Below are positions 24,541 through 37,640 of a stretch of DNA of 64,000 bases, in pieces (the first letter of the stretch is position 1; every line of letters begins with the position of its first letter). Position numbers and translations under genes: made by a program. Source of the stretch: Gekko japonicus. Lineage: Eukaryota. The notes under the pieces are model-generated. The model saw only the letters and a program-made list of their open reading frames with translations. It had not been told where the DNA came from and searched no databases. The DNA lies in contig NW_015161963.1 of NCBI RefSeq assembly GCF_001447785.1, positions 124,001 through 188,000 on the forward strand, read 5' to 3'.

Positions 24541-24802
24541 GTGAGTTCCCTACTAGATTTGCATTTGCTGCTTGTCTTTATGCCAGTCCTGGTGTTATCC
24601 TGCTTCTCCCTGCATCCTGAATATCTGTACATCAGGAACTCCGGGGAGGCTCTGCACTGGGGTTGTAGCATAGCCAGTGAATGCTCTGTGGCTGAGTATG
24701 CTGGGGCCTCGGGCACAAAAGGAATGTATACATACAACATCAGCCTCTGTGACTGGCTAGAGCAGGTACAGCTGCAATGACTGATGTTGGAGTCTCTGGG
24801 TT

Positions 24803-25050
24803 GTGGAGCATTGTGGAGCAGAGGTCCATCGGTGGCTATTAGCTACAAGGTATAGATAGGGACTCTGGGGCAAGGGATGCTCTGTATTCCCAGTGCTTGG
24901 GGGGGGCAACAGTGGGAGGGCTTCTAGTGTCCTGGCCCCCCTGATGGACCTCCTGATGGCACCTGGTATTTTTGGCCACTGTGTGACACAGAGTGTTGGA
25001 CTGGATGGGCCATTGGCCTGATCCAACATTGGCGTCTCTTATGTTCTTAT
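24803..25050 (+). mobile_element. CR1 3' end, young family
   Basis: GGACCTCCTGATGGCACCTGG..GGCCTGATCCAACATTGGC..CTTATGTTCTTA; close copies at 36198-36790 (-), 46410-46560 and 52235-52392. Confidence 0.85.
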
Positions 25051-25186
25051 TGTGGGGAGGGCGGGGTACAAATGAGATTAGTAAATAAATGAAATAAATT
25101 TGAGTACAGTAGTTCCTGGTGTGGGCCTGATTTATTGGTTGCATTAATTTCTTCTCCTCCTTCCCCCCCTCTTTTTAATGGATTAG

Positions 25187-25280
25187 GCTTTCGTTTCTTT
25201 TCCTCATCTATCCCAGGAGCCAGTGAAAAGCCAGAACCTTCACCCTTGCAAAGCAGACAACTGCAGCATTCCAGCTCCAG
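25187..25280 (+). CDS. C12orf43: CUSTOS exon 5 (94 nt): GFRFFSSSIPGASEKPEPSPLQSRQLQHSSS
   Basis: gattag|GCTTTCGTTTC...AGCTCCAG|gtgaga; matches the GFRLFFTSVPG motif. Confidence 0.93.
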
Positions 25281-27704
25281 GTGAGACATTACTGTGGTGT
25301 GTTTGTCCCTTAGAGGCTGTTGTAGAGAGAGTGAGTGTGAATGTAAAATCTCTATTACACAAGTCAGGTTGGAGGCCGCCAGTGATGGGACTTGCCTTCT
25401 AAGGGAGTGCCACCATTCTGCGCACATTGTAGAGATGCCTCTGTACTGGCTTTGTAGGGTTTCCTGGGCTCGTCAAAATGCTATTTTTGACCTTTAACGT
25501 ACTGGATGGGTCCCATGGCAAAAAGAGGTCATCATCTCACACTGTTGCCCAGCTGAGAGCACCGTGCCCATTCATATACTAAGTTTAGATAATGAAGATA
25601 CTGGGGAAATGCTTCATAGCTTTTTTTTGCTCTTCCCTTGGAGCACCATTTCTCAGACTGGGGTCTGCAAAGTTATCCAGAGGGTCCTTGAGCCCTCTAT
25701 AAGGACAGAGTAGGCCCATTTTGTGCCCATCAGATGGACATGGAAACAACCCTCTCAGTTTTCTTCTAATGAGGGCAAAGAACTCCCTGCCTTAGAGGAG
25801 GAGACAGAATTGGCTTCCATGTCTTTTTGAATGTAGAACGTTCACAGAGCTGCCACTGCCCGCAGAAACCACACTCCCAAGATCATTTCAGAGCACTACT
25901 AGAAATGTGTTGATTGGTTGCTGGGACCTGATCACTCAACTCAAAGAACTCTTATATGAGTTGAGTGATACCAAAGGAGGTACAGTTATAATGCAGTCAC
26001 CAAAGTTACTTACGTATAAAACTGTTTTTCACTCTTATTTTCCCATGTAAAGGATTTGAGCATAGAGATAGATGATGCCAATTTGTGTCAATATACAATA
26101 ACAGCCAATCTTGGTTTCCAGCTGAATACCAAAAGTTCAAGATTTGTGTGATGTCAGTCTTTTTCTATTTCTGTAAGCAATTCAGCAAACTTTCCCAGGT
26201 ACTTGCTATCTCTGTTCAGCTGGATGCTGGCTGGAAGTTATTAATCAGCTAGGAAGTTTCTTGCTGGCTCCAGCACAAAGTTCCTTCCAATCAAAGGGTG
26301 AGCTTGATCAGGGCTTGGGTCACAACCTTTGGAGTTGGGGTCATATAGAATCAGCCACCCTGTTAGACTTGACCTTGTAGTCATGTGCAGACAATACAAT
26401 ACTTTTTACTTAAACTTGCTCATAAGACGTAGTGGGTAGGGGTCTCATATTATTTTGGAGATGCAAGGGGGTGGAGGCCTCCCTGAGACATGAATGCTTG
26501 CTGCACACACTTTGAAAAGGGGCCAACGGCAGTGAGGAAGGGAAGGATTTGGGAGTCTGATAAAAATATTACAATGAAGTTCTCAGGTTGAGAACTGCTG
26601 TCTTGAAGCATTTCCAGAGCAAAGCCCTGAGCTTCATTGGTTGAGGCCTTGCAATGGTTGCCATGGAATTTACAAATTCAGGTGTACAAATTCATAACAT
26701 TTGATATGACATACATCAAGGGTGTTGGTTTTGATCTTTTGGGTTTGAATATCTAAAAACATATTTGTAGCTAGCTCGAGTCCTTTAGACATATTAATTT
26801 AAGTCTGTTAATGTTCCTATAAATGGGAAGAGAGCCAGATTGGCTGCTGAACCACACAAGTAAAGAGGTACACCCCAGGATCTCTTTACAGCAATGGAGA
26901 GCTCCTGTGTGAGAGATGTCAGGGCACCCACCCCAGACAGAATCTTTTTCTGGTCCAATTCACACCATCTGCACTCAACTCAGATATCCTGTGAAAACAA
27001 ATCACATGATGTCTTGTGTCCCCAGGATAATCAGAATCCCTTGAATTTTGTTCCTCTAGTTTCCCCTCTCCCATAAGTTTCTCCTCCCCCAAGTCTTCTC
27101 TTGGCTGTCTCATTGTTTCATTAGCCTGTAAAATGCAGCTTCCCTTGGCGACCACATGTCTTGTTTATTCAGTTGGATTGGATTGGCTTTTCTAGTTCGT
27201 AAAGTTTGGAAAACTGGTTTTCATAGAGTAGGTGTCACATACGTTACAGCCACAAGAATATTTCTACCCATATGGGATCTTTCTATCTGTCAAGCTTAGG
27301 AGTTTGGAGCACCCAAGAAATTTTATTGTTGTTGTTGTAGTTGGATTTCACAGCTACTCCATCCCAAGGGGTCATAGTTCTTACCAAAATTTGGTAATGT
27401 TTTGTAGGGTGGAAAGGAGATACAATATGGCAAAAAACTTTGCAGCCCAAAATTGCTCCTTCCTCTGGTTAGACTGCAATATCTGTATACAACTTAAACT
27501 TGCCTACATTTGCTGTGGTCACATACTCCTGTGTGTACTGGGTTGTGTGTGCCAAAGGAGCAGCCTGGAATCCTCCCAAACTCTGTACACCCTTGAAATG
27601 CATAGTATCCAACTACGCAGGTTGCCCTGAAATTCTGATGTACATTTTTAGTGAATGTGAAAGGAACAGGTTTCACTCCTCAATTTGCTTGTTAACTCTT
27701 CCAG

Positions 27705-28082
27705 TGAGACAGATGAAGACCAAGAATGGCAGAGATGCCAAGAGGCTGTTGTGTCAGCAGCAGACATCTTGAAGCAAAGTGGCCTGCAGGCACCGCTCCT
27801 GGAGCTCAGCAATGGCCACAAGTGTGAAACCACAGAGTCCTGCCAGAAGAAGAAGAAGAAGAGAAGGAAGAAGGCAAAAGTGAAAGAAGAGAGTGACAGT
27901 GAGCAGGGCATAATAGAAAAGCCACGTAAGAACAAGGTCAGCGTGCGGACTGAGAAGCCCTCATGCCTCAGCGGGGTGCANNNNNNNNNNNNNNNNNNNN
28001 NNNNNNNNNNNNNNNNNNNNNNNNNNTGGTGATCAAGAAAAAGAAGAAGAAAAGAAAGAAGATGGAAGCAAGGACAGAATGA
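27705..28082 (+). CDS. C12orf43: CUSTOS exon 6 coding part: ETDEDQEWQRCQEAVVSAADIL... lysine-rich tail; spans an N-gap
   Basis: cttccag|TGAGACAGAT; EWxRCxEAxVSAxDIL motif; after the gap VIKKKKKKRKKMEARTE* (TGA 28080-28082). The stop position is inferred. Confidence 0.85.
27981..28026. other. Assembly gap (N run)
   Basis: Visible Ns. Confidence 1.
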
Positions 28083-31000
28083 GAGTGCCATCTATCACTC
28101 TCTGGCAGAATATGACTCTTAACAGTGTGTTTCATAGTCAGAGGAAAAGCAGTCGTGGATCACTGTGTTTTATAACCTGAAAAAGACTGGGGCCTGCCCT
28201 TACTGTGTGGGACATTTATTTTATGATAAGAGCTCTCTTGTGAATGTTTTGACATTGAAGGAACCTGCATTCCAGTCAAGTTTTGAGTAGTATATCACAA
28301 CGTCCAGAGATGACTGTCCTGAGCTCCGTCTTTTCATCCTGTGATGGAAGTCCCATGACCCAGAACAGCCTGTACAGAGCAGCTGAGTATCGGGCTTGCT
28401 GGGTATTTTTTTTTTTTCTTTAAAATAAGTTTTGAATGTACAACAGGTAAAATGATCCAGGAGTTCATCTTGTTTCCTTGCAAATATCCGTGACAATTTG
28501 GAAAAAGGAAGGAGACACCAGCAAAAAAGAAGTAGGATTTTAAAACAAGCAATTTTTTAAAATCACAATGAAAACATATGCTGTTGAACTGTAACACAGA
28601 AAAAAGGTTTGGCTTGCTGGGTATTTGACAGCCCTACCTGTCCAGGCATTCCTAAGCTGCTGGACGGGTGGTTTATGGGGTCCCTCAGCATACATGACTG
28701 GCTGGCTGCCTTAGGTTCATCTTGGTGAATCACAGATTGTGAAGGCTTGAATAGGAGTGTTTGTCAGATAAACTGATCCCTAAGCTTACAACTGTGGAAA
28801 AGTTCTGGGAACTCAGTTTCTCTCCCTCTCATAAGATCTAGTGTTCTAGTTCTGCTGTCATTTTAGAGTTGGCTCTTCATCTCCCCATCACCACTCAGAT
28901 TTAATTCACATGCTAGTAAACCTATGAAAGTCTGAGAAAAGTGTTGTCTCTTAGTCTCCTTCAACACAGAGGAGCAACCTTGCCCTCTCTTCCATTCTTC
29001 TTTGCCATTGATGATACAGCATGCATAACTGCTTATTAGCTCACAAGAAAGACCAATTTCAGTGGTGAATCAAGTGTCCTTAGGTTTGGAAGCTAATTTT
29101 TTCAGCAGCAATATTCCAGATGGTTTACATCACTTAAGGCAGGGATGGCCAACTTCAGTATTATTGAAGGCCTCACTAAACTGGCAACCAAAACTATATT
29201 TTGCCAAATTTCTTCAAGTTCTTAGGCTCTGTAATGTAGTTGGGACTGTCAAGAAAGAATATGTGTCATGGTTAATAGAGCACATATGCTCAGGCATGGC
29301 CAAGGTGTGGCATGCAAAATGCAAAGGGAGATACATTGTTAAAATGTGGATTAGCTCTGTGTCTTGCAACTGGAAAATCTTTTTTTCTCTTAGAAGTGAA
29401 ACTAATGTTTTAGTACATAATAGTTAAAAATTGATAGGGTTGAGGCCAGATAAAATTGGTTTGGGGCAGCATCCCCCCCTCCCCTGGAGCTTCCAGTTAT
29501 CCGTCCCTATTTTATAGAATTTTTCTGTCCACAGGAACAAATTCCATTCCTAGCTGTAGTCTCACAAATGCTGTCCAACTATAACTGCATTTCCTTGGGA
29601 ACATTTTCAAGAGCTGCATAATCCCTGGGAAAGGCAGAAGATAGCTTGTTAAAACCTTGTACTGCCAATCAACAAAAAAGCATAGGGCATATTGCCTTCT
29701 ATAGTGGCAGTGATGGATAGTTATGTCATTCTTAATCGTCTGCCAATCAGACACACTGGGAGAGGCCTTTGATTTCCCCTGACAGCTATTGGTGTCTCCC
29801 TAAGGAGCCCTGCTTTGCATTTAGTACAATAGGGGGCCTGGGAGGAAGCACACAGGAAAGAAAATCCCTTCTCCCCCGTTTTCCTCCCTGCCTCTTGCTC
29901 TTCTTGATCACCCAGTTTCTCCCATTTCCACTCTTCCGCAACCTCCCAATTGCCTGTTCCCACCCTGCTGGCCATTGTGCAGTTTTATTTCTGTAAGATC
30001 TGTACTTGTGCAAATGTAGCTGGGGGGGGGGGGAGAAATAACCCCAAAAGCTGAACTTTGTTATGAACGAGCAAAATACACAATGGTCTTGTTGACAGAA
30101 TTTCCCCCCTCCTTTTGATTTACTGAAAATTAAATATATTTACAGGATAAAGCAGAACAGGCAACTCTGGTTTTTACAGAGGACTCCAGTGACTGTAAGA
30201 AACCTCTGGTAATTCAGGAGACCTCACTGTAATTAGAAACATTCTGGTCTGGAGACTGATTTTCACTTTTTGGCACTTGAAACAGGCAGAGACTACCATT
30301 TGCAGAGTATTGCTTTTGTTTTAATTTAATTTGCTCCCTTTTTCCTTTGTGCTTGTAGTGTTTGCTATTTTCCTTCTCTGGCTTTTTTCTTTCAGTGCTT
30401 TGGATGTGAAGAGGTTTTATTTTCATTTCAGTAGCAAAATAGTCTTGGCTTTTCTTGCAGTAGATATCATCACTGAGGTCAAGAGTTAGGCTGATGTGTT
30501 GTCCCTACCCAAAACAATTAGATTAATTGGAAATGTAGATTCTGTAGTTTGGAGGTGGCGTAATTCTGCTCTAAAACTCAGAAAGTTAGTGCTGCTTTTG
30601 ATGAAAACCGTACACTAAGCTAAGCTTTTGGCTTTTCCCCTCCTTGCCTATATGGATGATACACCTTTCTAAGAAATTGGTTGGAGGGAGATGGAATTAT
30701 GTACTGTGAAATTCTAAGTTTCTGTGATTAGGAATTCCTAATTCTGCATTTGTTACAAATTTAACATATGCATACTCCTCTTTAGGTTGTTGCTTTATTG
30801 GACTATTCTGCAGTATTTGAAAGGTATTTGTTGCCGATTGGAGGAGGCAGCTTGGGGTTTATACAACTCTGGGAGAGAATAGCTATGGAGGAATGCATGT
30901 TGTGTGAAGCCTCACCCAAACCTCCTGGTAGCTCAGTTAGTACTCCTGACTCAGAAGCACTTATAAGGGTATAACTTTACCTACTCTGACCCATTACTTC

Positions 31001-31684
31001 TTCTGGTGTTCTCGTAGCTTCCTCCTTAGTTGGTACTGCTTCAGTGTATCAGCTCAAATCACTGTGGGTTTGAGGCCTGACAAAAAGAAATAGCAGGAAT
31101 AAAAACCCATGTCATTAGGCCTGTGACTGAAAATATCACGTCCTGGACATATGCTGTGTTCTGCCACAGCTCAGAGCAGTGATTTGTTTTGCAGTGCCTG
31201 CCCAAAGGAGAAGGCACATGGCTTGTCACCTGCATTAATGTGTGTGAAGGAGGACCTTCTTTTCCTGCCACTGTATGCCAGCCTTCCTCTTTTTCTGCAG
31301 CAGCCGCTGTTAGGCTGACTGCCTTCTCTTTGCCCTGTTGAAACAATGAAAACTGATCTCCGCTCTTTTCTTAGTCCTATCTTGAAGAGAGTTTTGCTGC
31401 AGAGCGAAGAATATTGCCCATGTTTTCTGTCTGTTTGCAAAGACTCGTGGCAGTGTGTGCTTCAGCTCTCTCCCTATACATATATTTGCATCTGGCTCAA
31501 GTCTCTTCCAGGGCTTGGGCTGTGGAATGGGCCACTGTATGCTGCAAGTGGAGGAAACAGAAGAAACATCTGCTCAGATGGGTGTTTGCTGGTCCTCCCT
31601 CCTCCATGGGAAGCATCATCAGGTGAGGCTTGGAGCTCCATGCACTTTACTCTTTAGGATCAACTATCCATTTGGTCACCGTGG

Positions 31685-31812
31685 TTACTGAGTGGAGGAT
31701 GCCATCTGTGTTGAGATGAAAGTCTCTATAACACCATGAGTTGATGGTAGCAAGTGGCTGTGACTGTTGGTGGAGTCAGAGGTCTGGTAAAGTACCAGGT
31801 TGCTGGAGGAGA
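31685..31812 (-). CDS. HNF1A: HNF1A exon 10 coding part: [42 protein letters not shown]
   Basis: cccataag|TCTCCTCC...CAGTAA; canonical HNF1A C-terminus. Confidence 0.95.
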
Positions 31813-33008
31813 CTTATGGGGGATGGGATGGGGAAGAAACACATGATGTGAATTTACCCACAGGAACTTTTCCACTAGAGACCTTCACTTTTTATCCCCC
31901 CCAAAGGATTAGTTAATACCCCTCCCAAAACCAAAACTGAAACTGGGTTAACAGTTAAGGCTGTTAAGGTTTACAGTTACAGGTTAACAGTTAAGGCTGT
32001 TACCTCCAGAAAAGAATAGCTATGTGAAAGGGATAGAACTTTCCACTGGAGAAATCTGCCTGTGAATGCACTGTGAGGCCTAATGAGCTACCAAAGGCAA
32101 GGTGGTGTTTGAGAAATGAGGAAAGAAGCTGTACGTGTTTGGTAAGTTTTGGGAAGATCAAAAGAGCAATCAATGAGGTTCCCTCCTTTTGGTTATGAAA
32201 GTGAATGATAGGCAAGATAAGTTTGGGGTGACAGAGAGGAAGCAATCCTAAACAGGTCTGCTTGGAAGTAAGTCCCATTTTTATTCAACGTGGCTCACCC
32301 CCAGAAAAGTATTCTTAGGACTGCTGCCACAGTGTGGCACTGGGACCTTAGAGGGCTGAGTTCAAATCCGCACACAACCATGAAACTCCGTAGGTATTCA
32401 TTGATCAATCGTTATCTCCATCTATCTAGCATGTTTTCATCCCTCCCTCCCTCCAAGGAGCTCTGAGTAGTTAATAATTTTGTTTTCCTCATTTTATCTT
32501 CACAACAACACTGTAAGGTAGATTTGCCTGGAGGAAAGTGACTGGCCCAAGGTCACCAAGATCCTTGTTTGACACTCAGATCACCACACCAGACTGGCTC
32601 ATTGTAGTTATGACAATAAAGTGGAATCATCTTGGGGACACTACCCTGCATTTCTTGAAAAGTATGGCTATGTACAGCTACTGATCTAGGTTGAGGATAG
32701 TTGTGGGGGGGGTTGATTGCTTTAGAGACAGAAGCTTTAGAAGACGTAGAAGTAAGTACTTCTGAACACAGAACTGATACAGCCATTCCTTGCTTTTGGA
32801 CAATACATGGAAACACTGGTTTTGACTTTGGTTTCTCTAGTGAGGATTAGGCTTAGCATGCAATGGCAAAATATAGTGAGAGTGCAATATTAAGGACTAG
32901 AAATGGAACAGAAGACAAGAACAGAAAGCCCACTGTGCTATTAGTTGGGAAAGGACATTGTTTGGTGGGAAGCGGCAAACATATGCTCTGAGACATTAGT
33001 ACTCTTAC

Positions 33009-33150
33009 CTGCAGGACTAGAGGAGAGACGGTGGCTTGGCGGAAGGTGCTGGATGGCGGCCTCTTGGTTTTGTAAGTGGATGGTTGAGGCTTGTGCTGGC
33101 GGCGTGTGGATGCCAGTCTCTGCGTGGGTCTCAGAGTCTGATGTAAACAC
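33009..33150 (-). CDS. HNF1A: HNF1A exon 9 (142 nt)
   Basis: cccccag|[17 protein letters not shown]...HRLSSSPA|gtaaga. Confidence 0.95.
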
Positions 33151-34204
33151 CTGGGGGAAATTCACAGAAAATTTGGGCTGTGCTAGACTTTGGAATTATT
33201 TTTGATCCTCCCACTATGGATCTCTGCAGGTTGGGTGTAGCATCCTCCCCACCCCATTTTATTCTCACAACAGTACCATAAGGTAAGTTAACCAGAGAGA
33301 AAGTAATTGGCCAAAGTCACCCAGTGAGTTCATGGCCAAATGGGGATTTGATCCTCCTGGGTCTCCCTGACCAAGGCCAATATTCTAACTGCTATACCAC
33401 ATTGGCTGTCTTACGTATGCTGTTTCAGAAAAAGTCCTGTCTAATACATTAGTTATCTGCTGAGAGGCAGACTGATGGGATTGGGAGCATCGTAATACTA
33501 AAAGATGCCTAGTAATGTATTAAATGTATACCCTGCTGTGGCTCTTAAACTGGCTTACACAACAACAATTCTCTATATAAAACACATTACCATCAACAAA
33601 GCATTCCAAATAAAATCAAGGAAAGGCTATTTATACAGCAAACAAATGCCTCCTGAAGACACTGGCTCTTAATTGTCTTCCTAGACATTTCTCAGAGCTA
33701 ATCTAATTGGCTTCCATTAGAAAGAATTCCCCAGCAAGGGTGCCTCCACTGAAAAGATCCTGCTTCTTGTAACTTTCCCATCTTATTTCAATAGGTATAG
33801 CCAAGAGGACTAATTTGTGAAGCCCATTTGTGCTACTTCTCTTTTCACATTCATGGAATTTAACTGAAGTACTAGTTCTGTAGTATCAGAATGTCAGCTG
33901 AACAAATGGGAATGCATTAAGTGGAAACTCTGTGGGAGACCGTTCTTGGGCCAAGTTTAGAGAACCAACAGAATGAGGTGGTAGAGTAGAATGGACAGTA
34001 CTGTTAATTGCAAGTGAGGGACTACATTTTTCTGAAGTTCTGCTACATGCATAATTCCTTGCAAATGCAGGACTAGCACAGCATGCTAGAACTGTTCTCC
34101 AGCATGTTTTTTTTAGAATGGAGTTTTCACATTGACTCCAAAACAAGATTTTCCAGCTGCAGTCTGAAAGGGAGTAGCCTATTCTACTACCTAGACCAGG
34201 CCTT

Positions 34205-34450
34205 GAGAACTAGTATGGTGTAGTAGTTAGAGTGCCTTCCTATGATGTGGGAAGCCCAGTTTCAAATCCCCACTCTGCCGTGGAAGTTTGCTGGGTGACC
34301 TTGGGCCAGTCCCACACTCTCGGCCTAACTTACCTCATAGGGTGGTTATTTTGAGGACAGAACAGAGGAGGGGAGAACAATGTCGTAAACTGCTTTGGGT
34401 CCCCATTGGGGAGAAATGCCAGGTATAAATATTTCAATAGATAAATAAGA
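34205..34450 (+). mobile_element. Squam3-like tRNA SINE (older)
   Basis: TATGGTGTAGTAGTTAGAGTG..TTCAAATCCCCACTCTGCC..(TAAA) tail; related copy at 44470-44695. Confidence 0.7.
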
Positions 34451-34748
34451 AAATCCAGGTCTAGCGACCGTGTTAAGTACAAGTTGCCTTTCCAGCTTCC
34501 TCTTGATACTCTCCCATAGAAGAATCTACCCGTTTTTCTATTGACTAATCATTTTTGCTTAATTGATCTTCCACTGTTGAGCCATCAATTTGAATCAGCA
34601 GCTTCACCCATGATTAAGGGTTGCACCCAAGAGGCCCCTGTACACCTTGGCATGCAGAATGGGGGGGAGGGGTTTAGCCCATGCAGCTACATACTTCAAG
34701 TTACTTCTAAACTCTCCGCTTTTGTGGCCTTTCCACAAATCTTGTTAC

Positions 34749-34870
34749 CTGTTTGGTTGGCGTCAAGCTGGTCAGTGCACTGAGATTGGCTGTGTCCGTT
34801 ATCACCATGGTCTGTGGCAAAAGGCCGGTGTGGGTATACTGGGTCATCTCAGGCTTGTGGCTGTACAGAG
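34749..34870 (-). CDS. HNF1A: HNF1A exon 8 (122 nt)
   Basis: tgtctag|[40 protein letters not shown]|gtaaca. Confidence 0.96.
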
Positions 34871-34965
34871 CTAGACATAACAAGAAATTGTGAACTGCAG
34901 AGATTCTGAGAGGTGGGGAGAATTTCTGCTTTCCTTTGTCTTCATGATTACTTAATAATGGAGTA

Positions 34966-35172
34966 GGGCTGTCGATCAGAGGTACAGCATCTGCTTTGCA
35001 TGCAGAAGGTTCCTAGGTTCAATCTCCAACATCTCCAGTTAAAAGAATCAAATAGCAGATGATGTGAAAAGACCTCAACCTGAGACCCTGGAGCACTGCT
35101 GCCAGTCAGACTAAATAATACTGACCCTGATAGACCAAATGGACTGACTCCGTATACAGCAGCTTCATGTGT
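34966..35172 (+). mobile_element. tRNA(Ala)-headed SINE
   Basis: AGCATCTGCTTTGCATGCAGAAGGTTCCTAGGTTCAATC head; shared body. Confidence 0.7.
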
Positions 35173-35528
35173 TCAATTGGTTGTGTAGGCTTCCACCCTC
35201 TTTTCCCCCAAGCAGCTCAGGGCAGCAGTGTATATGGAAGTATAGTATTTTATCTTCATCGACAAGCAACATACCTCACCACTATGTTTTTTTGCTGCCA
35301 GCTTCTTCCAACATGATGGCATGTATTCAAATGTACACTGCCTTTGCATATGGAGGTTCCATTTTGCTGTCATGTTCTCTGTGAACATGTCTGATCCTTT
35401 TTCAATGCCACTTAATCTAGTGGCCACTGCCACCGCATCTTGTGGGTGGTGAATTCCACAAGTTCATCATGCGTTTTTGAAGACTAGCATGGAATTCTCA
35501 CTCTCGCCTTACCGACTTGCAAACCTAC

Positions 35529-35720
35529 CATGAGGAGTCTGGATCTGGGCCATGGTGGCCATGAATGGACTCTGGTTGAGATGGCTTTGGACTTGTTGCA
35601 TAATAGGTTGCTGGTAAGATGGATGCAGCTGCTGGGAGAACTGGACGGGCTGAAGGGTGGTGAGGCTGCTCCCCATGTTGTTGATCACAGGGACACTCTG
35701 GCCTTGGGTGGAGGCCAGGC
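35529..35720 (-). CDS. HNF1A: HNF1A exon 7 (192 nt)
   Basis: ccttccag|[30 protein letters not shown]...QTPH|gtaggt. Confidence 0.96.
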
Positions 35721-35964
35721 CTGGAAGGCAGAAAGCTCAGTAAGGATATTGTTTCTCCCCTAGCAACCCAGCTGTGTTGCAAGTTTATGCATTTCACCTT
35801 TATTAGCAATTCTGCAGTAAAGTGATAGGCCACTGGCCAGACTAAAGGATTTGGGTGCCTAAGGTGGAAACACCTACATGGCAACACCCGTTCCCCCCAC
35901 AAACTTTTTAATATGGGGCACAATCCATCAGGACGTTCTCCACATTGAAATGAAGAAGTCTTAC

Positions 35965-36166
35965 CGATTACCAATGTGGAGGTTCCTGTATTAGGGAATG
36001 CTGGTGCTAATGAAGACGTGTCTCCTGGTCCAATCGCCATCACTCCGGGAAGCGATGCCATTATGAGATTCTGGGTTTGCTGGCTCAATGCATGGGGGTT
36101 TTGCTCCAAGCTGTGCAAGGCCGTCAGGGTACTAACAGGAGGAAGAGAGCCCCCCGGAACAGAGAT
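35965..36166 (-). CDS. HNF1A: HNF1A exon 6 (202 nt)
   Basis: tgcacag|[22 protein letters not shown]...TSTLVI|gtaaga. Confidence 0.96.
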
Positions 36167-36197
36167 CTGTGCACAGACAAGAAAAAGGTGTGAAAAC

Positions 36198-36922
36198 AAC
36201 ATAAGCAAAGCTAATGTTGGATCAGGCCAATGGCCCATCCAGTCCAACACTCTGTCACACAGTGGCCAAAAATACCAGGTGCCATCAGGAGGTCCATCAG
36301 TGGGGCCAGGACACTAGAAGCCCTCCCACTGTTGCCCCCCCAAGCACCAAGAATACAGAGCATCCCATGCACCAGACAGAGTTCCTATCTATACCTTGTG
36401 GCTATAGCCACTGATGGACTTCTGCTCCATATGTTTATCTAATTCCCTCTTGAAGCCGTCCATGCTTGTAGCCACCGCCACCTCCTGTGGCAGTGAATTC
36501 CATGTGTTAATTACTCTTTGGGTGAAGAAGTACTTCCTTTTATCTGTTCTAACCTGACTGCTCAGCAATTTCATTGAGTGCCCACGAGTTCTTGTATTGT
36601 GAGAAAGGGATAAAAGTACTTCTTTCTCTACCTGCTCTATCCCATGTATAATCGTATAAACCTTGATCATGTCACCCCTCAGCTGTTGTTTCTCCAAGCT
36701 AAAGAGCCCCAAGCTTTTTAACCTTTCTTCATAGGGAAAGTGTTCCAACCCTTTTATCATTCTAGTTGCCCTTTTCTGCACTTTTTCAAATATTATAGCA
36801 TTGGGAAAAGTGCAGAAAAGGGCAACTAGAATGATAAAAGGGTTAAAACACTTTCCCTATGAAGAAAGGTTAAACGCTTGGGGCTCTTTAGCTTGGAGAA
36901 ACGACAGCTGAGGGGTGACATG
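36198..36922 (-). mobile_element. CR1 3' fragment with fold-back inverted duplication at its 5' end
   Basis: ORF QKRATRMIKGLEHFPYEERLKSLGLFSLEK..RTRGH; 36668-~36790 is mirrored by ~36800-36922. Confidence 0.9.
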
Positions 36923-37640
36923 TGAAGCTTGCAAAGAGGATAAGCAAGTGCTGTTCTTGGACTAACACCAAGGTTTAAGAGTGATCGTATTTCTGTAGCA
37001 TATCTGTTTCAGAATCCTTACAATAGCCCTGTAAAATAGATTGATGTGATGATGTGCCTTTATACAGATGGGGCCTGAGTTCATGGCTGAAGTAAGATTC
37101 CAGGAATATTGCTGACACTCTGACAAGCCAATGTATCAAATCTGAATTCAGAAAGTAATACACTGGGTGAGCTTTGGTAAACAACGGGCTCTCAACTTTA
37201 AGCCCTCATTTTGGAAATGAGAATATTAACTGCACCTAAAGGTGCTATTGTGATGGTGAAAAAAAGAAAAAAGGTAGCAAAATACTTTCTACGCCGAAAA
37301 GGGACTGTAGAAGTAGAAATTAAAATTACTTGCCAATGGAAAGCATCTTTTTTGTGACTGAAAGCAGTTATACATTTTCTTTTACATAATGCAAACTTCC
37401 CAGGGCCCCATTCCTCATCGCTAAGAAGCTATTGGGTCGGATCCAGAAAGGAACTTTCTTCCCTCACACTGCAGTGAAATGCTGCTCCTGGGGAATAAGG
37501 GACCCTGAGGAATTGAATGAGAGTGATCTGCAGGGGCAGTGGGGAAACAGTGGAAATTGCCACTGTAGTCTGGATCCAACTGTGTGTGTGTGTGTGTCTG
37601 TCGGTTCGGTGTCATCCAGGATTCACCATGACCAACTCAC

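Noticed and set aside
31946-32002. Duplicated GGTTAACAGTTAAGGCTGTTA as an HNF1 site cluster
   Set aside because: Only half-sites with the wrong spacing; more simply a local tandem duplication.
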